NCBI GenBank assembly: GCA_965644295.1 | Contig: CBFFRP010000144.1 | Location: forward strand, 62,001-126,000 | DNA: 64,000 bases | Reading direction: 5' to 3' | Source: Paraphysomonas bandaiensis | Lineage: Eukaryota > Protista > Chrysophyceae | Shown: one piece after another, positions 54,279 to 64,000 of the stretch | Layout of the letters: each line of letters starts with the position of its first letter | Position numbering within the stretch: position 1 is the stretch's first letter | The notes under the pieces: generated by a model | The model's database searches: none | What the model saw: the letters and a program-made list of their open reading frames with translations, nothing else | Told to the model about the DNA's origin: nothing | Program-made: the position numbers and the translations under genes

Positions 54279-55714
54279 ATGGCTGACACTTCCAGGACAT
54301 GTGCGATACTTGGAAGTTGCCAAGCGCTACCTAGTGAATCCCGAGACCCCTGCTTTCAAGCAACCCGATTAGTGTGCGTAAATGACAGCACAGTGGTGGC
54401 CTGTGACTCCAGTCGTCTGCACGCCCTCTCATTGCGAACTAGTGGAGAAGTATCGACAGATGGAATGTATGATGACGGGAATGTGGCGCGGTCTCGTGCG
54501 TATAGCGTTGAATCGCTGTGTACTCGTGAGTTTACCGATCAGTCTCCGATGCAGAGTATTTCCATGCTAGAAGAGAAGGGAATACTTCTGTCTGTGAACT
54601 CACGGGGCGTTGTAGGGACCACACAATTGACACAGACGTTAGATTCTGAAGAATCGATATATCCTTTTGTTGGTGAAACCTCCTTTAGCGATAGTGAATG
54701 CAGAGAAGACATCGTGGGCTGGGCAGGGGTGGCCGGTATCGATGATCTGGTATCGACTGTGCATTATTTAAGAAGTAATCTAGTGGTTCATGACTTGGGA
54801 ACACTCTCCGTGATCCGATCTTCGATGATGCCGTGCAATCCGACATCTATTGCTGCCCTGAAAGGATCATCTGGGCTTGTTGCTGTGGGCGATCGGGGAG
54901 GGAATTTGTCTGTGTGGGACCACCGTCAGGCGGGGAAAGGTATACCTAGTATATAGATTCGAAAATGTGGTGTAAGTTTATCCGAAGGGGGTTGCGTTCA
55001 CCGGAGTCGCTGTAGTGGTTCTAACGGCGGTCCTCTATGGTCTGTATTGCCTAGGTGATGTTCGCATCTTCATAGAAACCAAATATCTGATGTATATATG
55101 CATGTCAGTGGTGACGGAACATTAGCGGTGGCTGGAGCAGATAAAGCGGTTCATCTCTTGGACACCCGTACCTGGCGCACCCGTGTCAAGTGGAGATCTC
55201 CGAATAAGTTCGATATTATCCGACTGCTACGGTCCAAATGTGCTGAGTCTGGAGACGGACAAGGCCTCCCTCTCTATGTTGCCGGGAGAGACAATGAGGT
55301 CTTGCTGTGTAGAGTACACGCATCGGCACAAAGTGGAAAGGCACCAGCAAAGAAACGAAAGATGGGGATAGTGCAGCAGGAGGAACAGCCAGAGAGCGGT
55401 CATGCTGCACTAGCATCCACTAGCAAACTACGACTGTCGCACCACAGGTGCCTATATCTGTCGCGAAATAGTAATATATACGAATAACTTGTGCTTGCAG
55501 GGGTATTCGAGCTGAATTTTTCTGGTCAGGACTTGATGTGGTATCTAGATATGACTCTAAGCTAGGTGCGCTTGTTTTTTATTTCAACTATCTATTTTTA
55601 TCTTTACTTCTAGGAAAACACTCAGATAGACTTGTGGGACTTTGTGGCCGTGGTAAGATATATGTAGTCGATAATGCTAATCATATGAAAGTTGCTGAAG
55701 ATGTTATTGAATAA
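54279..55714 (+). CDS. WD40-repeat protein (multi-exon)
   Basis: LVAVGDRGGNLSVWDHR and LAVAGADKAVHLLDTRTW. An alternative start is 54198. Confidence 0.7.
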
Positions 55715-57482
55715 TAAGGACTGCAGTTCACGTATGCAATGGAGCAATCTTACACACGTGTAGCGTAACTACTAGCTTTGTAGTGCTGGTAAAGACACTT
55801 TTTAATCACTTCCATATTGAGAAACACCAAGCGGGCTCAATTCTTAATGCAACTCAGTTAGTTGGAGCTTTGTATCCAAGGTGTATTAGCCACATTTATT
55901 TAAATGGCTAATTGTCTCCGCATAGTTCAATGGTTTATAGCTATTACATTCGATGACAATAAAGTTATGCAACAGAACTTTTCAATCAGTGGTTCTTGCA
56001 ACGTTGCAAAACATTTAAAAGTGCTTATAAGCAACACTTGTAATAATAAGCGATAACCGCATTTCATACTTACACCTTCTATCAATTTCTTTTTTTCCAA
56101 GAGAATTCTGTTCCTGTTCAGCTTCTAGTACGTTTACATCATTATTGACGTTTCTGTCATCTGGCTTGGTGTCTCTCTTACTTTTTCACTATTTTGATGG
56201 GGTTGAGTGAAATTTTAATTATTTCAAGCTCCGTATCATGTATAAACTAAATACGAGAAACAGTTCGATTTGATATCTGGCAGAAATTTGCTATCAAGAT
56301 AAAATACGTTCTAAACACTACAATAGTGGTATTATACCGTGTACAAACTCCATAGTCTTATAGATTTAAGGGCTTCCTATTCTAGAGTCACGATGAAGTA
56401 TGAGATAGAAAAGAAGATTATTATCTAAGTAACACCTCCTGGCTGTCCTCGCTAGTAGTTGGAAATCTTCATGGGTCAATGTCACATTTAGAAATACAGG
56501 CACGGCTCTTCCCGAGTGGGTAAAGCAAAGCACCATACAACACTAAGCAGTGGGCGGATGAATGAGAAGACAACAGTATATCTCAATGCGATAAATAGTA
56601 ACAACTGATCTGATTGATGTAACTTTTTACCGCGCTGCTTATCTGTATTTCAATTTTCATGCATTGCAGCGGCGCAGAAGTAATAGAATACCACAATATA
56701 ACTACATGTGTAGTACACAACGCACGCGTAGGAGAAGCTAAAACACTGCTCAATCGACATGCAAACGCTGTAGGATGCACCAATCGATATGGATACCTCA
56801 ACAGCATACAGAGTGATTAGATTAGAGGTTAACGTGTAGTAGCAGATACATGCTGGTGAAGCAGCGGAAGGGTTACAAGTTTACTGTTATCTGAATGACT
56901 AAACCCTTGGCCATCAGCTGTGCGTGATTCTAATGTAAAGCTCAATGGTGCCTGAAAATAGTATCACATAAATGCCATGCATGTCTGGGCTCTTCCGACT
57001 AGTGTACTTAGAGTACCACAAGTATGTATATGTGACCTTTGTGTACTTCAGTATCTGACTGTCCACTTATCGCTCTTTGAGCAGGATCTGGAAAACACTA
57101 TTGGCTAGAAAAATTCATGTGATCAGAAGAACCATTTATCGCGATATGATTGGACAACAAACTTTGCCACATCCTCAGCAAATACTGTCTGTCCCTACAG
57201 CAACAAACATACTTTCTTCTAGAGTACCAACAGCATCCAGAAACATGTGTTTTTGTTACCAATAAATCAGTAGGATTTAATTCTAAGCATTCTTATTGGT
57301 GGAATTTTTGTGTGTGGAGATGAAGATGAAGATGGACTTGGCATGCGGATGGATCTGTCTGTAACATATGGGAACATGCACACACATCAGAGCAGATCGT
57401 ATCCGACCATCTCGTACATAACCACAAACTAATAGCGTAGCAGTCATAGTGCTCCGTGTTGTCTACAGAACACACCATAGCA

Positions 57483-58622
57483 ATGAAAAAGCAATCACCA
57501 GTCGAACAGAGCTCTCCTGTAAAGCATCTGTGTGGGGGTGTGGGTCTTATGGGGGCGGCATATGTGCTCTACAAGCTATCTATCATAGCGTATCACGTTT
57601 ACCTCCTCCTCAACCCCGAGATGGTTAAGGATCCGTTTGCTCTTCCAGCTAGCAGAGAGGGCGTGCATGAGACCTGTCAGACTCCCTTCAGACACATCAC
57701 AACAGTGCATAACGTTCACTCGTATGAGGAGGTCGTCAGAATAGCGAAAGAGAGATATGAGCCGATTCTCTTTAAGGGTTTTGCAAAGAATATGGATGAA
57801 AGATGGAAGAGAATCGTTGATCTCAGTGATCATGTGCCGGTCAGATTCGGCGATGTTAACATCACTTCTTTTGGAAATACTTTCATGAAGGGTATCGAGG
57901 TAGTCGGTGATCTCAATATGACTCTTGGAGAAGCTGTTGCTCTCGCCGAAGACCCTGAATACACTAAATCAGGGAAGTCATTTTTTGCCTCGTTTGTTCC
58001 ATTTTTGTCTAAGGAAGCGATGAAAATTGCCCTCAACAGTACTGATGCCGATCTCTTTAAAATTGACACGAATTTTGTAAGCAACTTCGCTGAAGATGTT
58101 CTGGCTACGCATGTGCATGCTGCCCTTGTGGAGTCCCACTCCATTCAGTTGGTAGGCAGCAAGATGTGGGTTTTCTTCAGTCCTGATGACTTCGAGACCT
58201 TGAATCCTATCAATACTCCTACCATCTGGTGCCTTTCGGGCAGCGAAAAGAAGTATTTCGACAGTGTCAAGGGTGGAGTCCCTGTAGCTGTTCAGGAAGC
58301 GGGAGACTATTTGTACTTTCCTCCCATGTGGGGACACTCGGTTATCACCAAGGCTGGGACAAATGTGATGCTGAACATGCGGCAACACCCATCTCGATTT
58401 CCAAAGCACGTATTTCGCGCATTAGAGGCGGTACTAAGCGTACTTATTGTAGATGGATGGGCCTTCAGTAAACCTTATTCTCATGCCGTGTATCGCCCCG
58501 TGCAGCAGCAGTTTAACTTGTACGAAAAGGCTCATCGCGAAGCCAACCCCGACCGGAAAGTCCCAGACAGTCCTTGTGCTGGCCTCTGGAAAGATATGCT
58601 CAATGGAAGAGTTGGAATGTGA
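57483..58622 (+). CDS. Membrane-anchored JmjC/cupin-like protein (intronless)
   Basis: N-terminal TM segment; EPILFKGF, THVHAALVESHSIQLVGSKMWVFFSP and QEAGDYLYFPPMWGHSV follow the JmjC/cupin_8 layout. Confidence 0.8.
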   Translation: MKKQSPVEQSSPVKHLCGGVGLMGAAYVLYKLSIIAYHVYLLLNPEMVKDPFALPASREGVHETCQTPFRHITTVHNVHSYEEVVRIAKERYEPILFKGFAKNMDERWKRIVDLSDHVPVRFGDVNITSFGNTFMKGIEVVGDLNMTLGEAVALAEDPEYTKSGKSFFASFVPFLSKEAMKIALNSTDADLFKIDTNFVSNFAEDVLATHVHAALVESHSIQLVGSKMWVFFSPDDFETLNPINTPTIWCLSGSEKKYFDSVKGGVPVAVQEAGDYLYFPPMWGHSVITKAGTNVMLNMRQHPSRFPKHVFRALEAVLSVLIVDGWAFSKPYSHAVYRPVQQQFNLYEKAHREANPDRKVPDSPCAGLWKDMLNGRVGM

Positions 58623-60783
58623 TAGATAGATTAACTTCGAACTAGTGACGCTATTGAGCTAAAGTCGTATAGTTTCATGAATATAGATATATCTGGTTCA
58701 TGCTACTACACACGAAATTGTACTGATGCCGTTGAAATCTTGTTAATCTTTCTGAAATTGTTTATGTATATGATTCGCGACACAATTTTCTGGTAGATTT
58801 ATTCTGCGTAGCAATAGTGCTGTGAATGTAATAATCTTTTAATGATTTACGTGGTGATATATTTGGCTATTGTCAACACATGCTCTCTGTCAAATATAAT
58901 TAATTGCGATAAAGCACCAGTAGTAGGGGAGATCCCATATGATATAATATAGTAGCCACATGTACAATATACCAAAAGCTATACTTGGCAAATAATTGTC
59001 TCGTTAATAAGTTATATATATATAAGTCGAGTTTATGTAAGGTTAGCCGCTAGTATTGTCCATTCAAATACGTTAATATGTCTTGAGTTTATAGTTTTGT
59101 TGATATCAATTGAACAATGACTACATACACATTCTATTTAAAGACACACACATTCTATTTAAAAAGTTTTTTACACACTATAGATATTTCTAAAAGAACA
59201 TAAATACCTCCGTCCTGGGCGCTGGCAACTCGATTAGTTGACAAAAAGTATATGGTACTCTAAAAAGTCGTGTGTATGTTTTATGGTCTACTATGGTGGG
59301 CGATGTCATACAGAGCTGTAAGCAAAAATGTACTCTACATGTACTCCCTTCGCCTAGAATTTCACGACATTGTTGTATCACGAATTCAACAAAGAGCTGA
59401 AATTGCTTATCAGATGGTGCATAACAAAGCGTCTAGATGAGTAACCCGAGGCAAACTAATATCTTCGTTCTCATCAAATAGACTGCGTCAAAAACACCCG
59501 CGCTGCTGCAAATGTAGGAGTCGATGCAGGAGTACAGCACTCCATCCTGAAGCATCACACCCCATATTGTTAATAACTATGAAGCTTACCACTCGGTCAA
59601 AACCACTCAAATGGGAAAACAGCTGTATCATCCTTCCAGTATAAAACAAAATGACTTCGTCAGGGTCAAATCCCACTCAATTGGAAGAAAAACAAGCCAA
59701 AACACAGGAGTAGTTTATTCGTCAGTTGAGGCACCTAAATTGGCACTGAATGACATATGTACCTTCACGAAAGATCATATGGCATATATAAAATAACTAA
59801 AACATACCGGCAGGCAAACGCTATGCGATGATTCTGGTAATTTAAAGTGAGATATTCATTACCATGATACATTACTTAATCACACAGCAATTAAAATCAA
59901 TAAAATGACCATTCGCATACAGAGAGACAATGCGGTACAAACTCTAACCCTAACCCTTCTTGATATATAGTAACTAGCAGTAATAAAAATCGGTTATCGA
60001 CAAAGTCGGCCTCACAGCTTTACGTGGCGACCAGGAATATAGCCATCAGATTGGTACCCTTTTGGAGCGCAGACGTGAGCTTAACGCTGGAGTTGGCAGA
60101 TAGTATATATAGCGTTTCTAACATAACCTCACAACGAAACAGACATCGAGGACTGCACTTCATACCTAAGGAAACCAGGTATCGGAATCATCATTCTGTT
60201 GCCTCCATGAATATCCTAATTTGTAGCTGCATGCCTGACGACTCAAACATGTTTACGATTTTCTTTACGATGAGCAAACGATGGTTGTAAATGGAGGAGT
60301 AAACCTACTGGAGGATATACGAGGACCCAGTTCGAGTATATCACAGATTGTGATAGCAGTTACCTACTCCACTTATACGGAAAGTGTACAATAGATGCAC
60401 CTGTGAGTTTCAAACTCAACTTTATTCTGCCCTCCACACTATATGGTAGAACATGGCCTTGAAAATATCTTGATCTGCTGTATATGTCTGAGGTGTAAAC
60501 CCGAGGCAATAATCGCAAGTTGTTTGCAAGAAACTCATGTCAGCTAACTGATTCAGTTGATCCTGCATATAAATATCGTACATAGGTGGGCATTGGCCTC
60601 GACGCAGTGTACCATCTAATAACAACGAAGGGATGTTCACAGTTATATACACAATATATCATCATTCTGATACTGGCAGTAAAAAGGATTGAGATTGTGA
60701 GTTATTTAGAACAAGAAGTTACTGTGAATAGGTAATCAATATAATGCTACAATCAAACGACGTCAAAGGTCAACTAAATTACA

Positions 60784-63700
60784 TCAAGACTTCTGGCTGG
60801 AAATCGTGCTCTGATATATGTATTAGCGAAATAGTTTGGTAAGTAAAATTACCTTCAATGAAGAAATTTCAGATTCCAAAGTAGCGAGAATTGCAAGGAT
60901 TCTACTATTTTCTTCGGCTTGGGAATTCATCCTGGCACTGATGTTGCGCTCCACTGCTTGAATTTCCTTTACGAGGTTGCTGTAACAGCATTAGAACGAG
61001 TTACCGCGACACAAAAGGAGCACCTAAACTGTCCTACAACACGCTGCTCTGTAGGTGCCGACTCCTCCCCAGAAGAATCATTTACACCGAACGACATGCC
61101 TTTAGGAATCCAAGAGGCATAGTCTCCATCAGCAACTAACTCAGTGACATAGCTACGTACAGTCCGTGGTTTAAAGCTATTCATAAATATATATCATGCC
61201 TACCTTTCCAGTCCATTGTACTCGTTAACATCTTTTTCAGCCAAATGAATCAAGAAAAACATATAATCCCACATATTATGCTCTCGATCTATATGACCCA
61301 AAAAATTAAGTCCTTCTCCACCCCCAATAGCTGCATTTGAGGCGCGGGCGTCGAATATATCTTTTGACAATCCACAAATAAAGCAGAACGAGGCCATGAG
61401 TTCATTCTTTTCACTCGACTCCTCTCTGAGTTGCCCAAAAGTATCGATAATAATACCAAAAATGATGTTCATCAGAAGTACGATTATAACAACGAAGAAG
61501 GCAATATCATAAGCAATTCTAGTGGACAACGACCTGAATTAAGAAAAACATCAACCAGGATCACATCGGCATACGTTCAGATACCGCGAGTCTGACAGAA
61601 TGAGTTCGTGACCTAGGTCCCCTCTGATGTGATCAGCGATCCCACCTCCTGACAGAAATCCTCCATGTAGAAAAGTGGCCAAGCATAAAACAAGCGATGA
61701 GCATTCATCAGCACTTTGATTTTCGTTGTAAAACGCGTTTGGTAGGAAATAGAACCCGTAGACTGTAAATATAAATATACATATGAATCCAAGAATGGCA
61801 CTCATTATCAGCGAGTGTCCTGGCAGCACGACAGCCTTTACAACGTTCTGTTAAAAAATATTACAATGAATATTGTGTCAACAATTACAATAAACGCAAT
61901 GAACCTGCAATGTCACCGACTGCTTTATGACGTACAGAAGCATGATGGAATTGAAGTATGGCTGGTCAATATCAAGGCACAAAAAAGAAATAACAGCAAA
62001 AAGCAAGTCGAATTTCAAGTCATTATCTGATGCACAGTTTATCAATATCAAGTACCATCCAGCGTAACGCTTTCTTGACAACCAGGGCTCGGATACTATC
62101 TCATAGAGAGTGTATACACTCAATAACACAGCGATACAAACAGATAAGGACCATATAGGAGTTGCAACTCGTTCAAAGCGAAGAAACAAAAATGAATTGA
62201 TAAGTACTAAACCCAAGGCAGTCCATATTAAAGGAGTGGCAAGCTTCATGGCGGCTTCAAGTTTTTTCATGGTTGTCAATTCACTTTTGCCTTGCCGAAG
62301 AAGCCCTGCTCGACGATAAAAATACTCTGTGGAATTATTTTAGAAAAGGCAGAATATATTGATATATTACCATCGATGATAAGTGGTACACGAATCAGAC
62401 AGTTTTGGAATAAGCGATACAAACATAATACAAATTGAATAGCAACAAGAATACTCATAACTACTCGAGCACTGTCCGACGCATACTGAGGGTTGGAGTG
62501 ACCTGTAAAGTACCCTTTCTCAAGAGATATAATAACAAGAAAATTAATGATGCAGGAAACTCCTAAGATAGCCCGGGACAATTCATCTTGAAACAGCAAC
62601 AAAGGCTGCAGATTAAGATCAGTGAGATGCATCTTAAGTTTCATTTCCAAATTAACGGATCTTGTCATACCCAGAAAGTAAGTAACTTTATCATCATCTG
62701 TATAGTCAATTTTATTGATGAGTTTTTCTCTCATTTCTTTGGACAAAAAAGAGCTTTGTCGAGGCTTTACGAAATTTACAGAAAACAGACCTCTTCCGGC
62801 CCACATTATTTCAACACTTCTCAGGTTATCGTCCAGCTTTGAGTGCATATTAAATGCACGAATCGATTCTTTGTGCCGTTTCAGTGCCACTCTGTACTCA
62901 GATTCAGTACTGAATTTGCTCCGGCGGACTGGTTGTGGCTGGTGAGGCACAAATTCGGTGTAGCTCAGCGGAAAGTAGCGTTGATAAGATCTCATAAGTT
63001 CCATTGTCAAATAAGCCTCGGTTAATACATTACCGGCGGCTTTCCAGAGCATTTTCTCAGGGTGTACCATTTTTTTGTACTAAATACAGTGATATTACGG
63101 TAAAAGTGCATGGTGTATCCGCATACCATTTTCTCAACAGTTCTGTATTCCTGATAAATCTCGTTTTGCCGCCGAATAATGCCCCTAGCAACAGCTTATA
63201 ACAGTGACTGCAGATGTGTAAACGTACCCAAGGCCTTCATATCTTGTGATGATAGCACATACTGGGTCACCTTGTCGGAGTCTCCTCCCTTCAATGAAGC
63301 TGACTCGCAAAAGCATAACTGCAGCTTTCAAACGTTTGATTGTCGGAAAAGAAATCTTCAATCTCCTATTACTGGGGGATACATCGGGCGGAGGCTCATG
63401 CAACTTGTCATTATCAGATATATTGAAACCCGTGCAAAACCATATCCTGTCCAAGATGTCTAGTAGCAGGGTATTCGAGCCTAGAACAACCTGATTCCTA
63501 GCACATGGTCCCTGCACTGCCTCTATAAAGAAATTAATAATTGAAAAAACAACTTGGGCATCCTCGTAAGTTAGTTCCTTTACAGAAGGAATAGATGGTA
63601 CAAATTCATTTAATAATACTATTGAATGCGAAAGTAATCCGAGAGACTCTGCAGAATGAAGCTTAGCAGTTTCATATCCCTGGTACTCCATCATCAATTG

Positions 63701-64000
63701 CATATCATAATAATGTCCTTCACAGAGAAGTTGAAGAAATCGGAAGAAATTTACCATTGATATCGGGTCCAGAGTCTGGGCATGTGGATCCGCATCAGTA
63801 GGAAGTGGTCTACTGTTGGCCTCAATTTCATCGATTCCATCAATCTCATTTTGCTCACGTAGATGCGACCTAGCGATATTGATATCCTTCCTAATATTAA
63901 TCATATGTGTTATTTCTTCTCGCAATACTTTGAAAAATACGGGACACAAGGAGCTATCGCGTAAGTACTGAAGCAAGCTGGCCTGACACTCGCGTTTTCC
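60784..64000 (-). CDS. IP3-receptor/ryanodine-receptor family Ca2+ release channel, 3' portion (5' end outside the window)
   Basis: RIH-associated FFRFLQLLCEGH...EAVQGPCARNQ, TM helices, pore SGGGIADHI, last TM YDIAFFVVIIVLLMNIIFGIIIDTFGQLREE, Zn site CFICGL...HIDREHNMWDYMFF and a coiled-coil tail. The stop position is inferred by splicing. Confidence 0.93.

Noticed and set aside
59943-59957. Telomere-like (TAACCC)2
   Set aside because: Only about two units; expected by chance or trivial.
60422-60652. Short ORF with LLLDG...DQDIFKAM resembling a pogo/Tc1 DDE fragment
   Set aside because: The D-D spacing (46 aa) does not fit, there is no QP.D motif and no TIRs.

Overview
Gene-dense eukaryotic nuclear DNA in the standard code, with many short (~40-60 nt) GT-AG introns. 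The gene content and intron style suggest a protist, probably a stramenopile; this is inference only. I support 15 protein-coding loci. Recognisable genes are a giant 12-exon myosin with a repeat tail and MyTH4 domain, SURF1, SMC2, DNA2, eIF3i, RRP12 and the 3' part of an IP3-receptor-like channel. Less standard genes are an intronless HerA/FtsK-like ATPase, an A20-ZnF/DUF4246 Fe/2OG oxygenase-like protein, a tail-anchored RING protein, a PA-domain protein, an ELL-N-like/RRM fusion, a WD40 protein, a JmjC/cupin protein with a non-canonical metal motif, and one uncharacterised multi-exon gene. Non-coding features are a decayed hAT transposon with TIRs and a degenerate 8-bp TSD, a ~100-bp MITE of the same family, a two-copy dispersed repeat, a 197-bp tandem duplication and a ~0.5-kb (TACA)n array. 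Twelve genes form six head-to-head pairs with short TACA/GTAT-rich spacers, while transposon debris lies in longer AT-rich spacers downstream of genes. The best candidates for something new are the intron-poor HerA-like/A20-DUF4246/RING block (16.8-24.2 kb), the JmjC protein lacking the acidic iron ligand, and the ELL-N/RRM fusion. All splice models and family calls were made by eye, without database searches.
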